A stretch of 64,000 bases of DNA from Trichosphaerium sp. ATCC 40318 (taxonomy: Eukaryota; Protista; Tubulinea), in assembly GCA_038496445.1 (NCBI GenBank), contig JALMLS010000605.1:62001-126000 (forward strand). The letters are read 5' to 3'. A model generated the notes under the pieces. It was not told where the DNA came from and made no database searches. It saw only the letters and a program-made list of their open reading frames with translations. Shown here piece after piece: positions 1 through 12,660 of this stretch. Every line of letters starts with the position of its first letter. Position 1 is the stretch's first letter. Made by a program: the position numbers and the translations under genes.

Positions 1-1558
1 TTCTGAACATACAGTTGGCTCACTGACGCCATTCATAGCACATGTGAATACACCAAGTTTTAGTGGAGGAATCAATGCGATTTGTGATCTGTAACCGTTG
101 AGGAATCCTGCTTTTGATTTAATCCAGTATGGTGCTTGGTACTTCAATTCCCAAGGTTGACCATAACCTTGGTATCCATCTAACGCATAAGTGAGCCATT
201 GTTTCAATAGTTAAAGGTCAAGTACATGCCTCTATCTAAGATTACTGCGCTCATCATCTCGCGTATGGAGGAGCCATCAATGACCTGTCCTGAGGTTGCA
301 TTTGAGGCTTTGTTGTCGCGGAATAACATCTTCATCTACGGAATCATTAATACAGCACTTGTGGAATTTTTTTAATATTGTACGAGTTGCGCCATGCCGT
401 GAGCACTGCAAAACATGCCACCCATAGGATTACCCCAACCAAGATTTTCTATTGGTACTGCAGTTCCATCATGGATACCAACTGCCTAACGTATATTGTT
501 TAAGTTGGTGTTGGGTTGTAGTAATGATAGGTACCAGAGTTTGTTTTATTTTCTCATAGTCGAAGGTACACCCGTCCATTTGTAGAGGACCAAGTATATT
601 CTCTTCGACAAAAGACTCATACGTCTTACCAGTAACTTTCTCTATTAAAGAATCCATTAATAAATGTGACAAGCATGTACTGGATAACTGTACCTAGTGC
701 TCGTCCAAGCATGGCCAATCCCAAGTTTGAGTAATGTGGTCTTTCGTATTGAGGAAGTACAAGGTATCTTGACTGGAGACGCTCAAGAATTTCATCCTCA
801 GAGCATTTTATACCTTGGCTGTTCCAAACACATGGGATCTGGGTAATAGTCAGCGATGGTGCTATTTAGTGGTCATTGACATGCCTCTCTTTGTAAACCG
901 CTAGTGTGTGATGCAAGTTGCCTGAGAGTTATTGGCCTGTTAGTGTTGTATGGGTCTAACACTTTGAAACCAGGAATGTGTTTTGTTAAAGGATCTTCCA
1001 AGCTCACCTATTACGTTTTTTTGTATTGTATTATTCCATAAAAGGATGCGCACCTTTCCAGCATCACGTAGCGTGAACATCATAAGATCTGTGAATACCT
1101 TGGTGAGAGAAGCGAGTCTTACTCTAACAAAAAACAGTTGGCGTTAGTGGACACGTGAGTCTGCATTAAAAGCAGTGCTATCTTTCGTAGCGTACGGTGT
1201 GTGTTCGTTTGTTGGAAGGGAAGTGGCGTTGAAAGGATTTTGTTTGCCATAGCCCTGTATCATCGTCAAAAACGCGAATTTTACATTGAAAAGTACGTTA
1301 CCTTGCAAAATAGTATCTCTTGGTCGTACACTACGCACGAAACGAGGCTAGGGAGTTTTTCTGAAACTACCGCCTTTGTGAACAGCGCTACTTCATGTAA
1401 GTATATCATCGCCATACCAGCGTACCGTCTATGTCAGAAATGGCACTTTTGATGCTTTGGTCATTGATGTTTAATGGTACAGTGTCAGGGTACACGGGAC
1501 AGGAAGCGCTTACAAGCGTTATACACGCTAAAGCGGCAACGACTAGAAAGTTTAGCAT
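1..1558 (-). CDS. Secreted serine hydrolase, beta-lactamase/penicillin-binding protein family (multi-exon; 3' end runs off the window)
   Basis: Spliced translation: signal peptide MLNFLVVAALACITLVSA, then HTPVRLASLTKVFT (SxxK), SLEDPLTKHIPGF, ITLRQLASHTSGL, PHYSNLG (YxN), IEKVTGKTYESFVEENILGPLQM; GT-AG introns such as 1126-1196. Confidence 0.9.
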
Positions 1559-1597
1559 TTATGCTTAACCAGTTTTGCTTAAGCTCCACATTGTGTC

Positions 1598-3098
1598 ATG
1601 CTTACTAGAGCGGCGTTGTATACGCGTGGCGGTCGTAGTGGTCGTTGGACAAACAGCAGAAGCTATGCTACACATTCATCTGGAAACAGTGGTCGTAGAA
1701 TACCAGGCGACATTGTGGAGCGCGTAATATATGCATAATAGTTACAGTAGATCATTTTTTTTTGTAGCCATCGTTTAAAACACTATTCAAATCAGCTGTG
1801 GGACAAAAGCGTATCGCTCAGGGCGATGTTACCTTTCCATTAAATGTCATGTTTCTAAACGGAGCACCTGGGTCCGGAAAGAGCACATATAGAGGAAAAA
1901 TAGCCTCCTCACTGGGTGAGTTCGCGTTCTAGAACTAAATCAAGGCTAAGCTTAGAAAAATAGGCATAAAAGCAGAACCTATTGTAATGTCTTCATTATT
2001 AAAGACACCAGAGGTAGTTTCTTTTCGTTCGTGATGTTTACATTGACAGATGATGTCTAGTTCGAAGCCATAAAAGACAGAGGAGAGTTAATTGACTGTG
2101 CTGACGTAACCTCTGCATTGCTCAAGGAGTTGACAAAATCAAAGTACGCTCATGGCGCAATTGTAGATGGCTATCCCAGGTACACATGATTCAAGACAGT
2201 TTGCATTGTAAAGTCGTGGTTTTGATTTAATTCCATTTTTAAGGACGGAACGGCAAATAGATTACATGCATCAGATGTACGCCGGTATACCGCCTCCACC
2301 ATCCAAAAAGAGGCAATTCAACATAGTAGTCATATTTGTAAACGAGCCAACGAGTGTTATAAGGTTAGTACACTGACACACGAACATTCTGTTTGCTTGT
2401 TTTGACATTTCAACAGGCAGAGTTTCCGTGGCACGGTGTACTCATTTAGGAATCAGAAAGATAAGGGTAGACTCGCAAAGGTATGCACGTTCACCAATTT
2501 GTGTCGTTTGGTTGTACTGAATCCCTGTTTCTAGCCTGAGGACTATGAGGGATTACGCAAAACTGACCTGGAGCCAGAATTAGCACAAAAGCGTTATCAA
2601 GTATTTAAAAAAGATTATGATGCAATTACTAGAGTAACAAAAAAATATCCTTTATACTTTAATTCTGATAAATGGCGCTTGTTTTTAATCGATGGGTCTA
2701 AGAAGGGATCTCTAAAAGTTGGCCATATAAGCAAGGAGGTTAACTTAAAGTACGTTGGCGCACAGATGTCTGAACAGTTGAGGTTATCACCAACACAGGC
2801 TTCAAAACTACAAAGTGATATTCTCGCAAACTGGCAATACGAACTCGAACGTGAGCCTGGACCAGAAGACTTGTATGATTCCGCAGAGCTGACAAGTGAG
2901 TTCAGTGAATTTAAGGCACAACAAGAAGCAGAGATGAGAGATCCTGAAGCGCAGAAACGATTGAGGGAGGAACTTAAAAATGCAAAAGCAATGAAGGTTG
3001 CTGAGGAGAAAGGAGAAATAGAATACAAGCTCGCTTCTGAAGCAACACCTGAGGATTTAAATAGCGATCCACCTAAGAGAAAGCCTGTAGCACTTTGA
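1598..3098 (+). CDS. Adenylate kinase-family protein with probable mitochondrial transit peptide
   Basis: Arg/Ser-rich N-terminus MLTRAALYTRGGRSGRW..RSYA; P-loop FLNGAPGSGKS; VDGYPRT; LRKTDLEPELAQKRYQVF; last exon is ORF 2679-3098. Confidence 0.88.
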
Positions 3099-3641
3099 TA
3101 AGCTATATGGGCGTATACTGTTTAATAAATACCAGGTACTTGCAGAGCTGTCAGGTTTGGATTTACCTTCAAGATAAATGCCTTAACTGGCACTCGGTTC
3201 AGGTGTACGTGCCAGAACAGTAGTAACTACGGTTTGGGACAGCTAATGGTGCGTAAAAACTTTGTTTGTGGTACTTGCTCGCTGTTTTATTGTTAACGAT
3301 ACACACATTTTACTGGGACAAACCAATTTTTAGCGTATTGTTTGTTTTTGAGTACTACATGGTGCTGACGAAGAAAGTACATGGTACTTATTACCTAATG
3401 TTCTTTGGATTATTCACAGTGCGGCAAAATTAAAACTCCGCACCTAGTTCATTTGTAGGCCTACGGTTAGTTTATTATCGTAACATTTCATAAATAGGAT
3501 AAGTAAATTGTTACGATTGTAAAGTTGTTCTGCCACGTATTGAAAGCTTGTGTAGGTGTGCGAGATTGTGGCGGTCCATCACATTTTTTGAATGTCCGTG
3601 TACTTCTTGCTAAGTTGTCCAACCACAAAGAGCGCGGGCTA

Positions 3642-5541
3642 ATGGCAAACAGTTTCCACGTGATTTTTGTAATGACGGTTATGTACTGTTGTCTTATAGT
3701 ACGAAGCGTGGAGACATCTTCCTGCATATGGAATGGTAAACTGTATTCTTTACGTGCAGTACAACCAGGCAATGAGTGGGAAAGCGAATGCGCGGCTGAA
3801 GGTAAATAAAACGGGTTGATGTTATAATTAAATACTCACGCTGTACAGGCTTCTCGCCACTAGCTATTGATAATCTGGTAGAAGCAGCTGTTATATCTTC
3901 GCTTTCGGAGGTGCTTTTCAGAAAAGTTTTAAATTACATCGCTCACGAAGTTCAATACTTAGGACATTAGAGTTCAAGCATCTGTAGCTTCGAGTGCGTT
4001 ATATTGGGATGCCAATGGCGCTCAAGTCGATGAATTACTCTTCAGTCAGGATTTTGCCTACTGGCGTACTCAGAGAGCTTCATGTATATCCATGATAGAT
4101 GGGGTACGATACAGATTTGTTTTAACGCTAACAATTACGAAAGGTTCTCGTTGACGCTTGCGAAAGCAGTGCATTTGTATGCGAGAGACCTTCAACTATG
4201 GATGACGATGGCGTTGCGCCATGCGTACCAGAACACTCGCAAAAAACGTGTGATAGTGCCTACAGTTTTGATGGTGAGTGCAATCGGTCACGTGATTTCT
4301 AATAATTTTTGTAACTTCTCACGTGTTGCTAAAGGTCATTGTTATGAGATTTTGGATACTGGAATGTTGACACAAGTTGTTGCTCAGGCTCAATGCATGA
4401 AACAAGGTGGATACTTAGCTGTTATTACGTCAGCTGAAGAAAGCGCACATGCAAATAGTTTGGCGTCCGGAGGTTTAGTGTGGATAGGGTTGATTACGCC
4501 CGATGCTTTAAACTTTAATTTTACATGGGTATTTACATCGAGTGTAATAAGCTTCCTAAATTTGATCAACTGTTTAGGCTGTAACTAATGAGGATGTCGG
4601 CTATGGTTCAGTTTTGGGTCAAAACCCTTGGCAGACACCTCAGCCTCCACGATTGTTGACAGATGGTGTTTACGAAGGATGCGTTGGCATGTGAGTGTAT
4701 TTTTTATCGCATTTTTCGTTCTCTTACTTTTATTAATAAGACGATATGGCAATTGGGAGGATTGGTACTGTAGTACCCACCGGTATGATCTACTATTCGA
4801 AGACCACAAAGCTCTTTGCGAATTTCCTCCACCACCTTCCCCAACTCTAGAACCTGTTGCGCCTACATTACAACCTGTTGTTCCTACATTAGAACCTGTT
4901 AATCCTACACCGGAACCAATTGCATCTCAATCTGATATCGTAATTATTGATGGTTGGACTTTCTTGTTCTTTGTAATACTGATAAAGTTAGGTCTGTTTG
5001 AACCAGGATATGAAGTTATAGTTTTAACCCCTTATCTCGTAAAAGGCAAGTTAACTTGACTTGGGTTATATTTTTTTTTTTGAACTAAAGAATACATTTC
5101 AACAGGGAACGTTTCGTTCTCAGGAACATTTGTCAAGGTATGATAGTTATATTCTAATAGGTGTACTTGATTGATGGTATTTGATAGGTGAGGATAGGTA
5201 ATACCACTTTCGAAGTACAGGGCTGTATTGATGGCAGTTTTACAGTAGATCTTTCTACGTTAAGGGTAAGCATAAACCTCCATCATCATTCGAATTAATC
5301 GGGCTTGAAGGGAGGTTCTTTTGTGTTACAACAGCAAAAAAACTGCCAAATTGTAACCCCAAAGATACAAGCGGCAGATGGTCAATGTGCTCAACTAGAG
5401 TCAACTCATTCAACTATTCACAGTTTTTTCCTTATCAAGTCGTTTGATTGCACTTCTTCCAGTGTATCACGTGTGCACGTGATTAATGTGATTATAATAT
5501 ATTTAATAATTGGGTTGTGCTGTATCACTATAGCTTCTTAA
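3642..5541 (+). CDS. Secreted/surface protein with two C-type lectin-like domains and a Pro/Thr linker (3' end approximate)
   Basis: Signal peptide; GHCYEI..AQAQCMKQGGYLAVITSAEE..VWIGL; GNWEDWYC..ALCEF; PTLEPV repeats. Confidence 0.75.
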
Positions 5542-5959
5542 ATGTTCAATAAAACGGAGTAGTTTGTTCACTACTTGAACTGTACCTTTGCCGTTTTTAG
5601 AACTGCCAAGAAACTGGGAGCTTAGTACATTTTCGTGATAGCACTTTGTAAATTTCTCTAACTTACATCCTTCTGCCTTACTTTTATGCCAAATCCTTCG
5701 TTTGAAGGTGTTTATTATAGTGAACATTCGTTATTCAACATTACAAATAACAGTATCGCACTGAATTACACCGTTCTTTTTCATTAGTCAGATAGAGAGC
5801 ATTGTTGAACGTCTAAGCGAATGTGTAATGAACTGGACTAAGCTATCATGCAACAGTGCAAACTGTTTAATAAAGTTCTGCAACATACTTTGTGCACATG
5901 GTAAAACTAGTCCCAAACCACTTTGTAGACGTAAAGTATGAATCATTAAGCTTTATATT

Positions 5960-6893
5960 TTAATTACAAGGGAGTTTGTATGTATACAATTCACAATTTC
6001 GGAGAGGAACACCTGCTCTGTTATCTTCATCAGTAAGAAAAATATCAAAAAAGTCGTAGTGGCTAAAAACTATTATGTTCTTTTCAGGGATTTCTTCAGC
6101 TAGGTATTTTTTGAAACCATTAACTCGTACTAAATGGTTTCATTAACAGTTTTCACATCTTGGTTGGAATTGTTACCTTCAAAGTGTGCTTGAGGTTCAA
6201 TAAACTCTTCATGATTAGCACAACGTGCGCTAAACGCTTTAAAGTACTCGTCATTAACATCTGACATAGCATTGAAGTTGTACCACCAGTGGTGTTTAAG
6301 AGACGAACAATCCAAACTTGGAAACTTTGCTACCAATTGTGGAGGATGCCTTTTTGTTTAAACACGTGATAAGTAACGTGTTTGTATGTTTTACAAACGT
6401 ACCTTCCAATATCACAGGTCGATTCAAGGCGTTCAGTGGTGCGTGGATCTAGACAAACTGGCGAGGTTCAGCATAATGTTGTCGTTTGGATTCTTACTTT
6501 TTTGGGCTATTGATGCTTTCAGCGCTTCCTCCACTGGTTTCCCTTTTTTGTACAAATGTCAAAAAAACTATTGTAAAATTGAGTACCTGTCAGGGCGATT
6601 AACGACGTCTGAATGGCTCTAGATAACGGACTGCATATTATTTTATCAAAATGGAGCGCTTTTAGCGCCTGATGTAACTCTGTGTTTGTTTTTAGGTAGA
6701 AATATACTAACGTAGTAAACCTTTAGCTTCTTTTACACCTTGTTGCGTTATGTCGCAATCTCTTAGGTTTTTATCGCATTTCGTGTTCTCATTCTCCTTT
6801 TATTGTTCAGGTTGTATTTACAGGTAAAATAGTGCGTACAGATACATTATACAGTGATTGAGCGTGTCTCACACAATAAACTGTCTTGTACAT
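5960..6893 (-). CDS. Histidine phosphatase (phosphoglycerate mutase-like) family protein
   Basis: MYKTVYCVRHAQSLYN; DCDITQQGVKEA; IICSPLSRAIQT; NIIVFSHYDF; PLRNCELY. Confidence 0.88.
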
Positions 6894-7404
6894 GCTTCAC
6901 CAAGTGAAATAGGATTAAGTTACTTGGTTCACTGGAATTCGGCCTAGGTTATTCAGGTTTCAAACGTAAAGCACGTGATTCTGTGCCCACTGAATGTCGA
7001 ACATCATTATTGCAACGAGCTGCTTTCAGCTTACATAGCACGGATAATAATTTTTTTTTGTTGCAAGATCCGAATTCGCACTTTTTTCCAATTTCAGCAA
7101 GAAGAAAGAAAGTGTTTTTTGTCATATAAAAAGATAACCAACAATTTGCTTAATTTCTGAGGTACTCTGTAATGGTGCCTAGCCCAGTACTCTTAGTAAA
7201 AAGGTGCGCATGGAACTATGGTTTCGGATGATTAGTAATACAAGCAATGAACACCAAATTGATATGTGCCTAGATTCAAGCTATGGCAAGTTAGTTATGT
7301 ATCACTCAGACAACATCATATCGCCGATAACAGCTATGGTATTAATGCGTCAGTAATCTTAAGTGTATTTACAAGTTTTGTTGGGGGTTTCTCTCTCTTC
7401 TGCT

Positions 7405-7985
7405 TCAATTAGTATTGTTGTTATCTTGAGATACTCGCCGTTTCTTCTGACGCCGTTGTTGAGAGGAACGCCTGTCTTTTTTACGAGTTTGTTGTTTTCT
7501 TTTCTTGTCAGGGAGTCTGTAAGCATCTAAACGGTTGACAAAGCTTGATATATTGGTGTCTGCTTCTTTTTCATGGTTGACATGCGTCACTTTTTTGGGT
7601 GTCTTCTTTTTCTTTGTTTTACCGTTGCTAGGCTCAAACGCCTTGTTAAAGTTACCAAATGACCGTCTGCCTGTCCCTTTCATAACACTGGACTCTTCTA
7701 AAACTACTAACCTGAATGGAGTTATTAACGCGTAATTCACGGTTTAGGTGTGTTTACCCTGCGCTAGAAGCGCCTGACGACCACATTGCATTTTTTAATT
7801 CATTTTCTCGCTCTGTTCTTGCCTGTAACTTGTCATCTACTATTTGCTGTTATAAGTTATACCTGCGCTCGTTCCTCGGCTTCTTTGGTACGCTGCATAA
7901 AGCGCATTCTGAGCACATTCGTTGATAATGTTGTGGACTTCCGCCTCTTCGGTTGTGCGTCTACTGGAGCTGCTACTTCCTCCAT
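7405..7985 (-). CDS. MPP6: M-phase phosphoprotein 6 (nuclear exosome cofactor)
   Basis: LSTNVLRMRFMQR N-terminal motif, GRRSFGNFNKAFE motif and basic C-terminus. Confidence 0.85.
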
Positions 7986-8044
7986 CCTAAATTGTGAACT
8001 AAGGTTCGTTTAAAAAACTTAACATTTTCTGTATTAAGCTTTAG

Positions 8045-9275
8045 ATGGCCGAGGAACTACCCGTAGATCCTGTAGTGTATGCAGTATTATTTGTAGCGGC
8101 GATTTTGGGTATATTAGGTGCTTTAACGGCCGTGTGGTATCTTGCCGTCCCAAATGAGGAGGAAGAAGAAAAGCCAAAGGTTTGGTAGTATTTTACGTTT
8201 GTACTTTAACTTTAATTACAGAAGTACGCTAAATTACGTTTATATACCACTCAAACATACATAGACGCTCTAGAAGGAAGAAAAAGCGCCGTACAGGAGG
8301 TTTAGGGAGAATGCCAGCAAACCAGCACGCAGCCGGCGGTGAAGTGGCTCAAGAAGTACAAGGTGTGCCAAGGAGGCTTTATACGCTGTGATTTTATATG
8401 ACACGTAACGTAATTCATTGACACGTATTCAGATCAGCCAGTTCCAGAGCAACTTCGCAGACGTAAGACTGGTGGTAAGGTAGAGGAGAAGCGGGAAGAA
8501 AGGAGGCAAATGCGTCAAGCACGAGCACAGCAACGGGACCAACAAAGGAGTGCCAAATACGACAAGTACTATCAACACTGTTCTTTTTACCTTGTGTTAA
8601 TCGTACAAAGAATGGAACGCAGCATTGATCATATGAATAAAAAAGAGGAAGATCAGGAAGTTGCAGACCGAGAAATGGTACAATCTTAAGAAATTAAGTG
8701 ATTCTTTACTCTTTTGTGCTGTTTTTTGCACGTGAAACGTTTCGGTGTTTGTTGTTTACAAACAGTCTTAATAATGGTACATAGAATGAGGCTCTAGAGA
8801 AACAGCGTGAAGAAGAAGCGCGTAAGAAAGAAGCCGAGTATCTTGCTTGGAAGGATACTATTGAAGTTCAAGAAGAAGGCACGGATGCACTTACGGAAGA
8901 ACAGAAAGACACTGTACACAAGCAATTGATGGACCACTTGCAGGTACTTTTTCATTTGCATATATCTCCGTAACCCAGCTCTAGAATAACACAGTGGCAT
9001 ACATTGAGGAACTGAGCGCTGAATACAACCTTAACACTCAAGAGGTGGCTTCTAAAATTAAGGAGTTACAAGAGACAGGTTTGATTCATGGAGTATTTGA
9101 CGAGCGAGGAAAATGGTGAGCCTTTTGGTGTTAAATAAATTCACTAACAACGTTATGTAGGATACGTGTAACAGAAGAAGAACAAGAACAACTCCTAAAG
9201 TATGTTTCTGATAAAGGACGTGTTAGTATTTCCGAGATCACTCAGAAAATCAACACGATACTCCAAACAGAGTGA
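8045..9275 (+). CDS. DDRGK1: DDRGK domain-containing protein 1 (UFM1 ligase adaptor)
   Basis: N-terminal TM anchor, coiled coil, EYLAWKDTIEVQEEG, IHGVFDERGKW, KGRVSISEI winged helix. Confidence 0.9.
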
Positions 9276-9407
9276 GTAAACTAAAAGGAGTTTTGTAAAT
9301 AAACCATCATTGCATTCAATTCTGGGGAGTTGTTTTCAATGAATCCGGCATTTTTACTGTAGACATGATAGCGTAAACATTGGAGTCATAAATATCTCAG
9401 AAACAAA

Positions 9408-11224
9408 ATGGTAGCAGCTCGTCTTCACTTAGGAGTAAGTTTTTTTAGAAGAACGAGATAGCTGACGTTTGTAGGTTGGTTGGGTGCTTAGGCAAATATT
9501 ATTACTTACAATCATTATCGTCATTGTGCATGGATGCTGTAAGTCTCTTTGTTGTTACCATAACATCTAATAAGTCTTTTTTATTACAGATTCAGGAGCC
9601 TCAGGAAGTTGTAGTCTTACTTTGGGCGATGACTACAATTTGCTTGCCGACACAACGATCGGTGGTTCTGGAGGGGATTTTGTAGTTTCGACAAACGACT
9701 CTATCGTATTAGACCCAGTAGAAGCTCACCTTCTCAGTAGTCGTACGTATACCCTCCATTAACACTACTATGGAAACTACCAACGATGTAGAATTACGTG
9801 TGCTATTCGATATAGACTACAGTGGCGCTGTTTTGCGATTTTACTCGTTGCTTCATGCTACCGTCCCTGAAATGACGCTTAATTGTACTTTCGATTCTGA
9901 CATTGTTTCTGGTACGCCAACACGATAGTTATTGCCGTTAATGCCACATAGGTTTTCGCGTAGTTGAACACTCAACATCCTCCAAACCTCAAACATCTGT
10001 GACTGGAAACTCTTTTACTATTCATCTAGCACCAACTGCATTAGAACTAGGCAAGCGATATGAGGTTTCATTCAAATGTTCAATGTGCGCGTACACGAGC
10101 ATTCTTGATGGCCAATGGAGAAACCCCAGCACCTGGATATCTACTGGAAGCATAGAAAGTGATGTAGGATACCCTATAGGCAATTGCAAGGCTTTTATCG
10201 CAAATGGATGTATAGTCTCCTTTTCGAACGAGTCGCTATCGTCAGATCGAAGTATTGCATTGGACAACATTCTAGTCAACGAGAACGCAACGCTTATCGT
10301 AGGTACCAACGCACAAGAGTATCTTATACACGCAACCGAGATAAGGGTAGAGGAAACAGGCACAATACAGCACACTTACGAGGTATGTCCAACTTTGAAC
10401 TTTTTTGTTCTCGAGCCAGCTGACTTTTTAGTAGGGTCAAATATTGACAGATATACTCGTTAACAGTGGTTTCTATTTCGCTCCATACTGTCACGAACTG
10501 AGAGGTGGTCTTGCGGTATATGAATATCTTTACAATGATGGAGACTGGCAAGTTGGTTTTCTAACACTACAGCCGGGAGATAGTACGCTGGCGATTGAAG
10601 GTACATTATTATATTTTCCAATGTCGTTCTTGAGAAAGCAATGTATTGATTGTTGTGTAGGTAGCTTTTCTTGTTGTTCAGAGTGCATCATTAGACAGAT
10701 AAGCATGCGCACTGGAACTTACGACATAGTTTCAGGGACATCTATATGTGTAGATACACTTGAGCTTCCTGAGGCAGCAACCGTGAACTTGAAGATTTCT
10801 AAAACAAAAAATGAAGAGTTAGTACTAAGAGTCAAGTCTTTTAAGACAGCACCACTTGGTATTGGACAAACAATAATAGACGCAGGATGTGGAAACATAC
10901 GCGTTGAACCAATAGACGATGAACAAACTGAACTATCGTATTTTTGCGGTGAGGATAAAATAGAAAATGCTTTAATTTGGCAGGTTAACACGTGCGTTTT
11001 GAAATTGATCACGTGACTTGTCAACTTACTTTTTTTCATGCAGTTTTTCTGTTGATCCGTCGCTCTCACTTGTACTGGCTGATAGTAGTCATGATGGGTG
11101 GTTTGTCGTTCGTGGAGAGTATTCACATGGCAGTGATACTGTACTTAAAAATGGATCCAGTACCTTGCTTGGTGGAGCAGATGGCAAACTCATTGTAGAA
11201 GAAAGAACAATTCCTTGTGAATAA
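9408..11224 (+). CDS. Uncharacterised multi-exon secreted protein
   Basis: Signal-like ILLLTIIIVIVHGC followed by in-frame beta-rich exons (ORFs 9999-10463, 10444-11016, 11018-11224) joined by GT-AG introns; no recognised domain. Confidence 0.6.
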
Positions 11225-11355
11225 AGTATTAATAACGCGTTCTTGAGACTCTTAACAAAGTGTTGTTCAGTGGAGTTACTCGTGGTGTTCAATGAATGTA
11301 GTTTATTAATTTTATATCATTATTTATATTCTACTCCAAGCACTACAACAACTTG

Positions 11356-11799
11356 ATGAATTTGTTCAAGGACGCAATTAACTGGGTCAATGATATGCAG
11401 ACACTGCCGTTAGGCGTTCAAATATGGGCAAATATATTTCCATTCCCTCAGTTGTGGGGACCACTATTGCTGGTTCTGTTTAACGGCAGTTCGTTGTACA
11501 GCGCAATAGGACTCATTCTGGCATCTCGATTGGCAAGCTTTGTGATAATGATACAGCTGCACAAGCGTATTGGTTTGTCTAAATGGATGGGACCTGCTGG
11601 ACACTTTTTTTATCTTGTCGTTGCGCCGTACATACACTTTACACTTCTTCCTACCGTTACAGATGGTCGGGAACGTATTTTGATCTATCACTTCTTGTGG
11701 ACGACATACGTTGCCTTGGTCCTGGATACGTTAGAAGTAGCGAGATATGTAATTACAGGCAAAATGCCAAAGTACCAAATTAAACCCAAAACTAGCTGA
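11356..11799 (+). CDS. Intronless multi-pass membrane protein resembling a bacterial hypothetical family
   Basis: Single ORF with about 4 TM segments; LPLGVQIW, GLSKWMGPAGH, ALVLDTLEVARYV. Confidence 0.7.
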   Translation: MNLFKDAINWVNDMQTLPLGVQIWANIFPFPQLWGPLLLVLFNGSSLYSAIGLILASRLASFVIMIQLHKRIGLSKWMGPAGHFFYLVVAPYIHFTLLPTVTDGRERILIYHFLWTTYVALVLDTLEVARYVITGKMPKYQIKPKTS

Positions 11800-11937
11800 T
11801 ACGGGTAATAAATTAGCCTGTTCCTTAACTTGAATTCTATCATTGCTTAATCCCGTCAGCAATTACGAGAATAACCCATTACGTGGTTGGTTGTATTGAA
11901 TAACACGTCAGTCTTATTTACAACGAATAAAGGAGAA

Positions 11938-12549
11938 ATGGAAACTAAAGAGTGTACCGAGGCTGTAAACAAACTTGTAGGCGTATATCGTACTAATCCA
12001 GATGTTTTTTTTGAAAATGAAGCCAATACAACAAAAATTGTGTTTAATCCAGAAGAACCAGGAAAAACACCTACGCGTGACCTCAACGCTCCGTTTAGGG
12101 AGCAACTGTTGTTAAAATTATGCTACTACCCGGACTCTAAAGACAGGAAGCTGGGCTTGTACCTCTTGGAGCAAGAGATTGCTGCACACTCTCATATCTG
12201 GGGAGCTTCTCCAGCTATTGACAATGCTGTTTACGTTGTATGGCGGTGAGTAAGAAAGCAAGTTAGAGGTTACATCAACTCACTCAGTTTTTTTTTGGAC
12301 TGATATAGACATCAACAACCAGAGGACTGCTTACCTATTGTTCGTGCAAAACGTCTTAATTTCGACACTACCAACACAATACCAGGCAGTCGAATATGTC
12401 CTGGAGGTACAAATACAACGATAAAATGGCTGACAGAAAATGGATATGATGATATCGCCAAATACGTAAGAGGCGCTGCAGGCTTTGTAGAACATAGTGA
12501 GAATATACAATTTTGGGAAAAATACTACACTCCTAAAGAAGAACAATGA
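11938..12549 (+). CDS. Two-exon hypothetical protein resembling a bacterial hypothetical family
   Basis: Exon 1 YLLEQEIAAH..WG; GT-AG intron; exon 2 QPEDCLPIVRAKRLNFDT; stop TGA 12547-12549. Confidence 0.65.
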
Positions 12550-12660
12550 AGAGCCCACACGTGAACAAATCCAAGAAAAGAAACAGAATCCTGAACGGTC
12601 AAAATAAAATACAATTTGTTGGGTTTTTTTTTTCTCCATGGCTTTTACAGAGAGCGTCTT

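Noticed and set aside
1-1558. Antibiotic-resistance beta-lactamase acquired from bacteria
   Set aside because: Intron-rich secreted SxxK hydrolases of this family are widespread in protists and animals; nothing here indicates resistance function or recent transfer
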